From the NCBI GenBank assembly GCA_027592105.1, contig JAQCLA010000001.1, positions 1 through 56,015 on the forward strand: a stretch of DNA of 56,015 nucleotides, written 5' to 3'. The stretch comes from Pseudomonadota bacterium. GTDB lineage: Bacteria > Pseudomonadota > Alphaproteobacteria > Rhodobacterales > Rhodobacteraceae. The notes under the pieces are model-generated. The model worked only from the letters and a program-made list of their open reading frames with translations, ran no database searches and was not told where the DNA came from. Both the position numbers and the translations under genes were made by a program. This document shows positions 1 to 9,991 of this stretch, piece after piece (position 1 is the first letter of the stretch; each line of letters opens with the position of its first letter).

Positions 1-67
1 GCGCGATTGGAAAGATGAAAAGCCGAAGTAACCCCATCTCGGCACGGGCATCATTCCAATTGTCACG

Positions 68-198
68 ATGAAGCAACATAAAAACGCGGCAACGAACGCG
101 ACAATTTTCTCGCAGCACAAACGGCAAAGCCCCCCGCGAGGGAGGCTTATTGTTCTGATATTTATAAGAAATTTTTTGGTTGCGGGGGTGCGCAACCG
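68..198. mobile_element. att-like integration scar (left island boundary) containing the tRNA-fMet 3'-end core
   Basis: TGGTTGCGGGGG (177-188) is the reverse complement of the tRNA-fMet 3' end (CCCCCGCAACCA). It continues into an inverted arm (GGTTGCG...CGCAACC). The ~110 bp upstream is colinear with 40974-41080. Confidence 0.75.
127..148. terminator. GC-rich hairpin, possible terminator
   Basis: AAGCCCCCC-GCGA-GGGAGGCTT stem with a GNRA loop, ~200 bp downstream of gcdH on the minus strand; weak U-tract. Confidence 0.35.
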
Positions 199-356
199 CC
201 GCTGTCGGACCAGCATATGGTGTTGACCAGCAAACTATTTGCCTAGAACGCGCTCCCTTTGATCTTTTTCAGCTCTTCTTATGGTCAGACGAAGTAGCGT
301 TTGCAAAGCATAACGTGTTCGTCTGACCTGATGAATTCGATTGAGCAGGGTATACT

Positions 357-1583
357 TCAGAAAAAGGCCTGCAACCCTGTCTGTGCCCGGCCAAGGATCA
401 GCGCATGGACGTCGTGGGTTCCCTCGTAGGTATTGACAGTTTCGAGGTTCACCATGTGACGCATGACGGGGAAGCTATCGGAAATGCCGTTGCCGCCATG
501 CATGTCACGCGCCATGCGCGCGATGTCGAGCGCTTTGCCACAGTTGTTTCTCTTGAGCAGGCTGATCATTTCCGGCGCCGCACGGCCCATATCCATCAAC
601 CTTCCCACACGCAAAACGGCCTGTAGGCCAAGGGTAATCTCGGTTTGCATATCGGCCAGTTTCTTCTGGAAGAGCTGCGTTTGCGCCAAGGGGCGGTCGA
701 ACTGTTTCCGATCGAGGCCGTATTGACGCGCCGCATGCCAGCAGGCCTCCGCCGCGCCCATCACGCCCCAGCCAATGCCATAGCGGGCCCGATTCAAACA
801 TCCAAACGGCCCTTTAAGGCCCTGAACGCCGGGTAACAGCGCATCCTCGGAAACCTCGACATTTTCCATTACGATCTCGCCGGTCACACTTGCCCGAAGC
901 GAAAGCTTGCCGCCGATCTTGGGCGCGCTCAGACCCTTCATGCCTTTTTCCAGCACGAAGCCCCGAATCTTGCCATCATGGGCATCCGATTTTGCCCAGA
1001 CGACGAAAACATCGGCGATAGGCGCGTTCGAAATCCACATTTTCGATCCGCTGATGCGATAGCCACCATCGATCTTTGTGGCGCGCGTCTTCATACCGGC
1101 TGGATCGGACCCGGCATCTGGCTCTGTCAGGCCGAAACAGCCGATCAGTTGACCCATCGCCAGACCCGGCAGGTATTTCTGCTTCTGCACCTCGGACCCA
1201 TAGGCGTAAATCGGATACATCACGAGGCTCGACTGCACGCTCATCATGCTGCGATAGCCGGAATCGATGCGCTCGATCTCGCGGGCGACAAGACCATAGG
1301 TCACATAACCCGCGCCCAAACCGCCATATTCCTCGGGGATGGTCGTACCAAGCAGACCTGCCTCGCCCATCTCGGCGAAGATCTCAGGGGTGACGGCTTC
1401 GTCGCGATAGGCTTGGGTCACGCGTGGGGCCAGCTTGTCTTGAGCAAAGGCCTGTGCCGCGTCGCGTAGCATCCGCTCGTCCTCCTCCAACTGATCTTCG
1501 AGGAAAAAGGCGTCATCCCATTTGAAAGGTCCCAGATCTGGCCCCATTCCAGGCTTTACTGTCATTTTCAGATCGCCATCCAT
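357..1583 (-). CDS. gcdH: glutaryl-CoA dehydrogenase
   Basis: Acyl-CoA dehydrogenase with GCD-typical motifs [59 protein letters not shown]. Start may be 1565. Confidence 0.92.
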   Translation of the reverse strand: MDGDLKMTVKPGMGPDLGPFKWDDAFFLEDQLEEDERMLRDAAQAFAQDKLAPRVTQAYRDEAVTPEIFAEMGEAGLLGTTIPEEYGGLGAGYVTYGLVAREIERIDSGYRSMMSVQSSLVMYPIYAYGSEVQKQKYLPGLAMGQLIGCFGLTEPDAGSDPAGMKTRATKIDGGYRISGSKMWISNAPIADVFVVWAKSDAHDGKIRGFVLEKGMKGLSAPKIGGKLSLRASVTGEIVMENVEVSEDALLPGVQGLKGPFGCLNRARYGIGWGVMGAAEACWHAARQYGLDRKQFDRPLAQTQLFQKKLADMQTEITLGLQAVLRVGRLMDMGRAAPEMISLLKRNNCGKALDIARMARDMHGGNGISDSFPVMRHMVNLETVNTYEGTHDVHALILGRAQTGLQAFF

Positions 1584-1594
1584 GTTCGCTCTCC

Positions 1595-2995
1595 TTATGT
1601 CTGCGCAGCCGCATGGCGGCCGGCTAGGTACCCAAAGGCAATTGCAGTCAATAAGCCATTTCCGGACAGATAGCCCTCGACGGCTGGGCCAGACACGCCA
1701 CAGGCTGCCCCACCCGATGCAAAAAGATTTGGCAATGTCGTGCCATCGGCCCTCATCACACGTGCGTCATCTGCGATGACCAACCCACCTTGCGTGTGAA
1801 AAAGCGCGCCTGTTACCTTTACGGCGAAAAACGGACCCGACAAGGGCGGTGTCACCGTGAAGTCGCGACCCTGCGCATCGGTTCCATCGCCCTTGGCCAA
1901 GGCTTGCACCTCGGCGATGGTCGCGGCCAATGCCGCCTCGGACAGGCCTGTCGCGGTGGCCAATTCCGCCACAGTCGCACCAGTTTTGATCGCACCGGCG
2001 GCCACCGCTTCGCGATAATCGGGAAAGCCCGCGACCGCGAAATCATGGCGCGCTTGATCGTAGATATTCCAAGCGACCCGTCCAGTTTGATCAATGACCT
2101 TGACCGCCTGTTCGGAATAGCCGCCCATCTCGTTGGAAAAGCGGCGGCCGTCCGAATTCACTTGGATAGCACCCTGCATCATCAAGGCCCATGAGATCAA
2201 AATCCCATGGGGATGTGCCAGTGAACCATGTCCCTGATAGCCCGAAAGATGTTTCAATTCAGCGCCAAGCGCCTGACCCCAAGCAACGGCGTGGCCGGTA
2301 TTGCCGGCATGACCATAATATTCGCCACCTGCGATCTGGGGGATATGTTCGGCCACCATCTGCGCGTTGCCGCCATACCCGTTGCAAGCCAAGATCAAGG
2401 TCTTGCACCCGATCACCTCGCAAGTGCCATCAGGGCGCATGACGCCCACAGCATGCGCCTTGCCATCGGTACCAACATAAAGCGTTTCAGCCAAGGCATC
2501 GGTGACAAGCGCGATATCTGCTGCGATGACCGCGGCAAGCAAGCGCGCCTCGAGCGCCGCGCCGGTTTTTTCGGGTACTGCATGCATCCGGTGACGGGCG
2601 TGGCCTGGATAGAGGAAATCATCCAGCACATGCCACTCTACCCCTGCGGAATCGGCCAACCACTCCATGGCGGGGCCAATCGTCTGTGCCGCCAAACGGG
2701 CAAGGCGAGCATCGGATTTTCCATAAGACTTGGCCATCAGATCGGCACAGAACAGGTCGGGCGTATCGTCTGTGACGCCGATCGCTGCCTGAAACCGCGT
2801 TGCGGGTGCAGGGACAAAGCCCGACGACATCGAGGTCGACCCAGAAGGGGAGGCATCACGCTCCAACACCACGACTTGCGCGCCGCTTTCAGCCGCAGCC
2901 AATGCCGCCGTCAAACCCGAGGCACCCGCCCCGATGATCAGCACATCCGTCGTGAAATCAGCAACCGGGATATCGTGGCTGATCGCGGGCATCAC
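1595..2995 (-). CDS. FAD-dependent oxidoreductase (FAD_binding_2; fumarate reductase/TcuA/KstD superfamily)
   Basis: GAGASG dinucleotide motif, GxRFx[26 protein letters not shown]. Confidence 0.85.
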   Translation of the reverse strand: MMPAISHDIPVADFTTDVLIIGAGASGLTAALAAAESGAQVVVLERDASPSGSTSMSSGFVPAPATRFQAAIGVTDDTPDLFCADLMAKSYGKSDARLARLAAQTIGPAMEWLADSAGVEWHVLDDFLYPGHARHRMHAVPEKTGAALEARLLAAVIAADIALVTDALAETLYVGTDGKAHAVGVMRPDGTCEVIGCKTLILACNGYGGNAQMVAEHIPQIAGGEYYGHAGNTGHAVAWGQALGAELKHLSGYQGHGSLAHPHGILISWALMMQGAIQVNSDGRRFSNEMGGYSEQAVKVIDQTGRVAWNIYDQARHDFAVAGFPDYREAVAAGAIKTGATVAELATATGLSEAALAATIAEVQALAKGDGTDAQGRDFTVTPPLSGPFFAVKVTGALFHTQGGLVIADDARVMRADGTTLPNLFASGGAACGVSGPAVEGYLSGNGLLTAIAFGYLAGRHAAAQT

Positions 2996-3603
2996 GCGGC
3001 CTCGATCATGCTTTGCGCCTGTGCGCAGGTGATGACCTTGCCGACGGTCGACAGATCGGCGATCGCGCTGTCATGGGTGGCTTGCGAGAAGGCCGCGCAT
3101 CCATCCGACAAGACCACGGTCTGGAAATCGCGCACATGCGCGGAGCGCACGGTCGAGGCCACACCACCATTGGTCACGATCCCACAGACAAACAAGGTAT
3201 CGATCCCCGCCTTGCGCAGGCTGAATTCCATGCGCGTTTGATAAAAAGCGGAATACGCGACCTTTTCCACCGTGAGATCGGCGGGCTGCAATTCATCGAC
3301 CAGCGCATGACCCCAGCCACCGGGTGTGAAATCCCCCTTGCCTAAAAAGGGTCGGATCGATTTCAGATGCGGCGCGATAAAGGGCTCCCCCCCTTTACCG
3401 GGCACCAATGTGAACTGAGTCGAGACAATCCAGCCACCCTTTGCGCGCAGCGCATTGGCGACGGGCAACACCCGCGCAGGCAACGCCGCGATGGCATCCG
3501 AGGTCTGCCCACCGCGTGCATATGCGCCCTTGGGGTGCAAGAAGTCGTTTTGCAGATCAACGATCAATAAGCCCGTACGGGCAGGGACCAGATCAAAATC
3601 CAT
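2992..3603 (-). CDS. isochorismatase-family hydrolase lacking the catalytic Cys
   Basis: IVDLQNDF and EKVAYSAF are present; GIVTNGGV has Gly where amidases have Cys. Confidence 0.85.
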   Translation of the reverse strand: MDFDLVPARTGLLIVDLQNDFLHPKGAYARGGQTSDAIAALPARVLPVANALRAKGGWIVSTQFTLVPGKGGEPFIAPHLKSIRPFLGKGDFTPGGWGHALVDELQPADLTVEKVAYSAFYQTRMEFSLRKAGIDTLFVCGIVTNGGVASTVRSAHVRDFQTVVLSDGCAAFSQATHDSAIADLSTVGKVITCAQAQSMIEAA

Positions 3604-3606
3604 CGC

Positions 3607-5652
3607 TTACACCTCCGGGCGAATAACGAGATTGCCAAATGAATCGACCACTGCATACAGGCCGGGATCAACAAAGATCGTAGTATCGGGCTGCTCCAAG
3701 ATCGCTGGGCCTGCGATGCGTTCGCCCACCGCCAATGACAGCCGATCATATAGCCCGGCTTGATGAAACGCACCTTCGGCCCACACCGTCCGCGTTCCGA
3801 TACGACAGGCATCGGCAGGCTTGCCATCTTTCGGCGCGAATACCGCCATGTCAAAGGCCGGTCGCCGCCCGATCACCGTGACACGGTAATTCATAACGCG
3901 TACAGGGATACCGTCCAAAAGCCGTCCATATGCCGTGCGATAGGCGGTGTTGAACGCGGTTTGGATCGCTTCAGTCGTCAGCCCATCTGCTGGGTCGACA
4001 GCGACGGCAACCGTGTGTGTTTGGCCCAGATAGAGCATATCGAATTCAAACACCCGATCGATACGTGCAAAGGCTGCGCCGGCCGAGGTGACGACAGTCT
4101 CTGTTGCGTCGGCCACGCTTTGCAATTCCCCCCCCAAGGCGACGGCATCGATGCTGGACAAAAGCCGATTCACGGTCTGAACGCGGTCATGGCGCATATC
4201 GGCCACGACACAGCCCAAGGCCGATGTCACACCAGGAAAGCGCGGCACCAACGCCGAGCCAAGACCGACCTCCTTGATCAGAGCGCCGGTATGCAGCGCA
4301 CCGCCACCGCCAAACGGCATTGCGGCGAATTTCGCCGGATCATGCCCCTTCTCGATGGAAACAAGCCGGATCGCCCCCGCCATCTTGGCGTTAGCCAAAC
4401 GCAAGATGGCCTCTGCCGCCTCCTCCACACTGATGCCGAGTAGCTCCGATAGGTTCTTGCGGATCGCTTCGCGTGCAGCCTCCACATCGAGACGGTCCAA
4501 CTTGCCACCGATAGGGCGATCGGGGTTGATGCGGCCAAGGATGAGGTTGGCATCCGTCACCGTGGGCCGCGTGTTGCCCAAGCCATAACAGACCGGACCT
4601 GGATCAGAGCCCGCTGATTCCGGACCAACGGTCAAAAGGCCGCTGACATCGAGCGATGCGATTGATCCGCCACCTGCGCCGATGGTGGTGATCTCGATCA
4701 TCGGGGTGCGCACGACCATTCCGAAATCGATCGCAGTTTGCGGTGTCAGGGCTGCAACGCTTTCGGCCACGAGCGAGACATCGAAGGATGTGCCGCCCAT
4801 GTCACAGGTCACGATATTCTCAAATCCTGCCGCCGCAGCGATCGCTTGTGCCGCGATCACACCTGCTGCCGGGCCAGACAAAGCCGTGCGGACAGGGAAA
4901 TCCTTGGCGGTACCCACACCCATCACGCCGCCGTTGGACTGCACGATCAGCAATTCCCCATCAAAGCCTTTGGCATCAAGACCCTGCTCCAGCCGGTCGA
5001 GGTAGGACGAAACCACAGGCTGCAGATAGGCGTTCAGCGTCGCGGTCGACAGCCGCTCGAACTCGCGGATCTCGGGCAAGATCTCGGTGGCGCCCGTCAC
5101 ATAGGTCGTGGGCCAAACGCTGCGCACGGCCTCGACCGCGATGCGTTCATTCTCGGGGTTGGCGTAGCCATTGATGAAAAAGACGCAGACCGCCTCGCAT
5201 CCCGCCTCGGCCAGCGCGCGGGCTTGGCGCTTTACCGCTTCGGGATCGACCGCCTCAAGGATCGTGCCATCGGCAAGTACACGTTCGGCGACCTCGACAC
5301 GGTCGGGGCGGGCCACGACCGGCACAAAGGCCCCGCGCAGCCCCCACGTGGTGGGACGATCACGGCGGCGCATCTCCAAGACGTCCCGAAAACCCTCGGT
5401 CGTGATGATGCCCGTGCGCGTGCCTTTTCGTTCCAACAGCGCGTTTGTGCCAACGGTCGTGCCATGCACAACTGTGCGAATATCGGCGAAATCGGCAACC
5501 TTGCGGCCGATACCTTCGATAAAGCCTTTCGACTGATCACCGCGGGTTGACGGAACCTTGGTCGTTTCGACCTGCCCGGTTGCTTCGTTGAAAACGAAGA
5601 CATCGGTAAAGGTGCCGCCGACATCGACGCCGATCACGATTGTGCCGCTCAT
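3607..5652 (-). CDS. hydantoinase A / 5-oxoprolinase ATP-binding subunit
   Basis: GVDVGGTFTD, HGTTVGTNALLERKG, SGPAAG, DMGGTSFD, GAGGGSIA, SAGSDPGP. Confidence 0.93.
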   Translation of the reverse strand: MSGTIVIGVDVGGTFTDVFVFNEATGQVETTKVPSTRGDQSKGFIEGIGRKVADFADIRTVVHGTTVGTNALLERKGTRTGIITTEGFRDVLEMRRRDRPTTWGLRGAFVPVVARPDRVEVAERVLADGTILEAVDPEAVKRQARALAEAGCEAVCVFFINGYANPENERIAVEAVRSVWPTTYVTGATEILPEIREFERLSTATLNAYLQPVVSSYLDRLEQGLDAKGFDGELLIVQSNGGVMGVGTAKDFPVRTALSGPAAGVIAAQAIAAAAGFENIVTCDMGGTSFDVSLVAESVAALTPQTAIDFGMVVRTPMIEITTIGAGGGSIASLDVSGLLTVGPESAGSDPGPVCYGLGNTRPTVTDANLILGRINPDRPIGGKLDRLDVEAAREAIRKNLSELLGISVEEAAEAILRLANAKMAGAIRLVSIEKGHDPAKFAAMPFGGGGALHTGALIKEVGLGSALVPRFPGVTSALGCVVADMRHDRVQTVNRLLSSIDAVALGGELQSVADATETVVTSAGAAFARIDRVFEFDMLYLGQTHTVAVAVDPADGLTTEAIQTAFNTAYRTAYGRLLDGIPVRVMNYRVTVIGRRPAFDMAVFAPKDGKPADACRIGTRTVWAEGAFHQAGLYDRLSLAVGERIAGPAILEQPDTTIFVDPGLYAVVDSFGNLVIRPEV

Positions 5653-7382
5653 GCTGCGCGCTCCTTGCGAAGGGCTGCTGTCGCGCCCGCATCCAATGTT
5701 CCATCCGCAGCGATCACAACGCCGTAGCTGTCGCGCGCAACCGCGGCACTGACATAGCCCAGCGTCACATCGGCCAGCACCGCCTCGGGGGGGCGATCAA
5801 GCGCATTGCCATACCCACCACCGCCGGGTGTTTCCAACCGCAGCTTCTGGCCACGCGTGATATGAATCCCGACCATTTTCGAGACCATCGGCGGGGTATG
5901 CTCGCCATCGGCCTGTTCATACACAAAGCGGTTGGTGGCCGCATCGCCGCCGCCCACTATCCCGCGCGGCGCAACCTTGCCGCGTTCACCGAACAAGAAG
6001 ACATCGGCGTTCGCTTCCAACAGCGCGATCTCATAGATCGCGCCAAGGCCCCCACGATACCGCCCGGCACCGCCCGAATCCTCGCGCAGGGCCCATTTTG
6101 TGAAGCGGACGGGATAGGCCGCCTCCAAGATCTCGAGCGGTGGAATAGTCGCGGTCGAGATCGGCGCATTGCCATGGTTCAAACCATCGCCTGTCCCATG
6201 CGCGCCATGCCCACCCCCAAAGAAAGAGAACATCACCCAACGCGCACCATTTGCACGGTGGCCCGCCAACGACAGCGCATTGATCGTGCCATAGGCACAG
6301 GCCATCGCGTCCTCGGGAGCGACCTGGGTGATCGTTTGGAACATGACATCGATCAGGCGCAAGATGGTCTCGGTATAGCCGCCAACAGGTTTGGGCGCCT
6401 TGACCGAAAGAAGCGAGCCTTCATCGATGCGGAATGTCACAGGTTCAAGCACCCCCGCGTTTGCGGGCACATCCCCGAAGATATGCTTCAAGGCGACGTA
6501 ACAGGCCGCAATCGTCGTGGCGCGCGAGATATTCACCGGCCCCTGACACGCAGCCGATGAGCGCGTAAAATCAAGGATCATCTTGTCGCCATCGATGGTC
6601 ATATCGAGGGCGATCTTGAGCGGAACGTCGTCAATCCCGTCGTTGTCGAGCCAATCTTCGGCCGAATAGGTGCCTGATGGCAAGCCAGCGATCTTGGTGC
6701 GCATCATCGTCGCTGCGCGAGCCTTGAGCGCTGCCAAAGCATCGCGGGCCGTTTGCACACCATATTCATCCAACAGGGCATTCAGGCGCTTTTCGCCCAG
6801 ATCCATTGCGTTGATCTGCCCGTTGAGGTCACCATAGAGCGACATCGGCTGGCGCGAATTGGACGACAAGATATCGACCACATCTTGTCGAAACTGGCCC
6901 CGATCATAGAGCTTAACCGGCGGGATCAATATCCCTTCCTGAAAGCACTCAGTCGCCGCTGGGTTATAGTTGCCCGGGACGTTTCCACCGACGTCATGCC
7001 AGTGCCCGACGGATGCGAGATAGCAAAACACCTCGCCATCGCGGAACACGGGTTTGACGAGACGAAAATCCGACAAATGCGTGCCGCCATCGTAGGGATC
7101 GTTGAAGATCCACACATCGCCTTCGTTGACACCGCCCTGCGCCGCCGCCTTCTTGATGACAGCCTTGACCGCAAAGGCCATCACCCCCACGAAAATCGGC
7201 AGCCCGGATTTGCCCTGTACCAGCGTGTCGCCGTTTTCGGCGTCATACAGGCCATGGCTTGCATCATGCGCCTCAGCGATGATCGGGTTGAATGCCGAAC
7301 GGAACAATGTCGCATCCATTTCATCGGCGATCTGCTCGAAGCGGCCCTTGAGAATGGCAAGTGTGACGGGATCAATTTCCAT
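5649..7382 (-). CDS. hydantoinase B / 5-oxoprolinase hydrolase subunit
   Basis: Start reassigned to ATG 7382 (MEIDPVTL). Motifs NDPYDGGTHLSD, HWHDVGG, SGGAGRYRGG, TPGGGGYG. Confidence 0.93.
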   Translation of the reverse strand: MEIDPVTLAILKGRFEQIADEMDATLFRSAFNPIIAEAHDASHGLYDAENGDTLVQGKSGLPIFVGVMAFAVKAVIKKAAAQGGVNEGDVWIFNDPYDGGTHLSDFRLVKPVFRDGEVFCYLASVGHWHDVGGNVPGNYNPAATECFQEGILIPPVKLYDRGQFRQDVVDILSSNSRQPMSLYGDLNGQINAMDLGEKRLNALLDEYGVQTARDALAALKARAATMMRTKIAGLPSGTYSAEDWLDNDGIDDVPLKIALDMTIDGDKMILDFTRSSAACQGPVNISRATTIAACYVALKHIFGDVPANAGVLEPVTFRIDEGSLLSVKAPKPVGGYTETILRLIDVMFQTITQVAPEDAMACAYGTINALSLAGHRANGARWVMFSFFGGGHGAHGTGDGLNHGNAPISTATIPPLEILEAAYPVRFTKWALREDSGGAGRYRGGLGAIYEIALLEANADVFLFGERGKVAPRGIVGGGDAATNRFVYEQADGEHTPPMVSKMVGIHITRGQKLRLETPGGGGYGNALDRPPEAVLADVTLGYVSAAVARDSYGVVIAADGTLDAGATAALRKERAA

Positions 7383-8229
7383 AGGAATTCCCTTTTTTGA
7401 GCATGTCGCCGGTCCCGATGACATCGTTTAGGCCAGAGAAATCGAACATGCGGTCTTTGAAACCTTCGTTGGATCCGGTGGAGATGAGGCCGCGGTAATA
7501 GTCACCCGCCGTTTTCGCTAAGGCGCGCACGACGCCACCGGGGAAAATGACCAATGAAAACCCAAGGCTTTGAAGATCGGCTGTGCCATGGATGGGGGTT
7601 TTGCCGCCCTCGACCATATTTGCCATCAAGGGAATACGCCCGGCAAAGCGCGCGGCGATCGCCTCGAGTTGTGCGCGGGTCTGGGGCGCTTCGATGAAGA
7701 GGATATCGGCACCTGCCTCGATGTAGAGCGCTGCACGATCGCAGGCCGCCTCGAACCCTTCGACGGCAATCGCATCGGTGCGCGCGATCACCAGTGTCGC
7801 CTCGCTGGTGCGCGCATCGACGGCGGCACGAATTTTCCCGGCCATTTCCGTGTCCGAGATCAGCGTCTTGCCATCCAGATGGCCACACCGTTTGGGCATG
7901 GTCTGATCTTCAAGCTGCAGCGCATTTGCGCCTGCACGCTCGAACACCCGCATGGTGCGCTGCACGTTCAGCGCATTGCCGAAACCATTGTCGGCATCCA
8001 CGATCAACGGCATCGAAACGCGGTCACGGATCAATGCGATTGTGTCGGCCACCTCGGCCATCGACACGAGGCCAATATCGGGACGCCCGAAGCGGGTATA
8101 GGCTATGCCCGCACCCGAGAGATAGGCCGCCTTGGCCCCGGCTTGTTCCGCGATCAGCGCCGTCAACGCATCGCAAACACCCGGCGCCAGCAAGATATCC
8201 GGCCCGCTCAACAGGGCTTTGAGTGTCAT
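7372..8229 (-). CDS. isocitrate lyase/PEP mutase family lyase (PrpB / 2,3-dimethylmalate lyase-like), copy 1
   Basis: DADNGFGN, EDQTMPKRCGH, ARTDA, NMVEGGKTP. Confidence 0.88.
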   Translation of the reverse strand: MTLKALLSGPDILLAPGVCDALTALIAEQAGAKAAYLSGAGIAYTRFGRPDIGLVSMAEVADTIALIRDRVSMPLIVDADNGFGNALNVQRTMRVFERAGANALQLEDQTMPKRCGHLDGKTLISDTEMAGKIRAAVDARTSEATLVIARTDAIAVEGFEAACDRAALYIEAGADILFIEAPQTRAQLEAIAARFAGRIPLMANMVEGGKTPIHGTADLQSLGFSLVIFPGGVVRALAKTAGDYYRGLISTGSNEGFKDRMFDFSGLNDVIGTGDMLKKGNSYGN

Positions 8230-8729
8230 TGACTTGGTCCTTTGTCATCGGTGGCAAAGCGTTTTTTCAGATAAGGCACAAGGCCGCCTGCCTGAATGAT
8301 TGCACGCAGGTTCTCAGGCATCGGATCAAGTGGCAGTGCGATCCCCTTGACCGTCAGTTGCAAAACCCCGCCATCGGCATCCAGCGTCGCAAGATCGCCA
8401 TCTAACACGCCGTCGATGCTGGGTGCGATCAACACGGGCAGGCCCAGATTGACGGCGTTGCGATAGAAGATTCCAGCGAAGGATAGCGCCACCACACCGG
8501 CAACCTGCAGGTGGCGCAGCGCTTCGGCGGCCTGTTCGCGCGACGAGCCCGCGCCGAAGTTACGCCCGGCGACCACGATATCGCCCGGCTGCACGCTGGG
8601 TGCGAAATCAGGGCGCGCTGCTTCCAGGCAATGGGCGGCAATCGCCTCGATTCCGCCGCGCATATATTGGCCGGGCGCGAGCTGATCGGTATCGATATCG
8701 TCACCCAAAAGGAAAATCCGCCCGCTCAT
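8226..8729 (-). CDS. LeuD/DmdB-like hydratase small subunit
   Basis: Start reassigned to ATG 8729 (MSGRIF). Motifs DDIDTDQLAP, NFGAGSSREQA, SFAGIFYRNAVNLGLP. Confidence 0.9.
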   Translation of the reverse strand: MSGRIFLLGDDIDTDQLAPGQYMRGGIEAIAAHCLEAARPDFAPSVQPGDIVVAGRNFGAGSSREQAAEALRHLQVAGVVALSFAGIFYRNAVNLGLPVLIAPSIDGVLDGDLATLDADGGVLQLTVKGIALPLDPMPENLRAIIQAGGLVPYLKKRFATDDKGPSQ

Positions 8730-9991
8730 GCCAGCATCTCCCTTGGGTCGATGATGTGACCCGCGACTGCGGCGGCGGCCACGGTTAAGGGAGAACCAAG
8801 CCAGACCTGCGAGGACGCCTCGCCCATCCTGCCTTTGAAGTTGCGCGCCGTCGAAGAGATACAGGTCACATCGGCACCGAGCCGATATGTTCCATAGCCC
8901 GCGCAGATGCCACAGGCATTGGGCAATATCTTTGCGCCAACCGCCTCGAAGATGGACATGATCCCATCGGCCTCGGCCCGGTCTTGATCGCGCTTGGAAG
9001 AGGGAGCCACCAAAAGATCCACCCCTGCCGCCAGTTTGCGTCCCTTGAGGATGCGCGCGGCGGCCTGAAGGTCTTCGTATTTGGCCCCTGTGCATGCGCC
9101 GACATAGGCCACGCTGATCGTGGTCTTGCCTGCCGCATCGGCGGGCATCGCGTTGGCCGGCGAATGCGGGGCGGCGACCTGTGGGGCAAGCGTCGTGGCA
9201 TCAAAGATGTGATGTTCGAGCACCGAGGCCCCTTCATCGCTATGCAGATCGGAAAGATCAGGAACACTGCCGCCAACACTACGCAAAAAGGCCGCTGTGA
9301 CATCATCCGGGGCAACAAGCCCGGTCTGGCCGCCGAGTTCGGCAGCCATATTGGACAGTGTCATGCGTTCTTGCATCGACAGCGCGCGGATCGCCTCGCC
9401 GGTGTATTCCACGGCCTGATACTTGCCGCCATCCATACCCAGACGCCCACATAAGGCCAGCATGATGTCTTTTGCCATCAACCCGTCACCCAGGCGGCCG
9501 GTCCATTCGACCAAGATCGTCTCGGGCACCTTCACCCAGATCTCGCCCGTCGCAAGCACACCTGCCATTTCGGTGGCGCCGATCCCGAACATAAAGGCGC
9601 CCATCGCACCGCCCGTGGGCGAATGGCTGTCACCGCCTACTGCGAACATGCCAGGCCGTAGCTGGCCGCTTTCGGGCAGAACCACGTGGCAGATGCCAAG
9701 CCCGTCGTGAAAACGCACACCTGTCCGGCGCGCCCAATCCCGCGTCATGGCAAGGATCGCGGCCCCCTCCTCCGTATCGCCCGGAACGAAATGGTCGGCG
9801 ACAAGCACAATTTTATCTTTGTCCCAAAGCCCAACGCCCAAATCCTGCAAGATCGGCGCGACACGCCGCGGCCCTCCCGAATCGTGAATCATCGCCAGAT
9901 CCACTCGCGCGGTGACGACATCGCCGGGTGTCACGTGATCGCGGCCTGCAGCGCGCGCGATAATCTTTTGTGCCAAGGTTTGTCGCATCAA
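8726..9991 (-). CDS. LeuC/DmdA/HacA-like [4Fe-4S] hydratase large subunit
   Basis: ADHFVP, GICH, GGDSHS, GACTG, CGICAG, ARNFKGRMG; short (~420 aa) homoaconitase/dimethylmaleate hydratase type. Confidence 0.9.
   Translation of the reverse strand: MMRQTLAQKIIARAAGRDHVTPGDVVTARVDLAMIHDSGGPRRVAPILQDLGVGLWDKDKIVLVADHFVPGDTEEGAAILAMTRDWARRTGVRFHDGLGICHVVLPESGQLRPGMFAVGGDSHSPTGGAMGAFMFGIGATEMAGVLATGEIWVKVPETILVEWTGRLGDGLMAKDIMLALCGRLGMDGGKYQAVEYTGEAIRALSMQERMTLSNMAAELGGQTGLVAPDDVTAAFLRSVGGSVPDLSDLHSDEGASVLEHHIFDATTLAPQVAAPHSPANAMPADAAGKTTISVAYVGACTGAKYEDLQAAARILKGRKLAAGVDLLVAPSSKRDQDRAEADGIMSIFEAVGAKILPNACGICAGYGTYRLGADVTCISSTARNFKGRMGEASSQVWLGSPLTVAAAAVAGHIIDPREMLA

Noticed and set aside
120-226. 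3' end of a serine recombinase gene (LVAGVRNRR...)
   Set aside because: The motif matches an att arm, but the upstream frame does not resemble a recombinase; treated as a scar only.
7372-8229. ICL-family genes as PEP mutase (phosphonate biosynthesis linked to the phn locus)
   Set aside because: All three have the lyase motif PK(R/K)CGH, not the PepM EDKxxxxxNS motif, and they lie in a separate island.
8226-9991. Leucine biosynthesis leuCD
   Set aside because: Short HacA/DmdA-type subunits in a catabolic operon, with no leuA or leuB.
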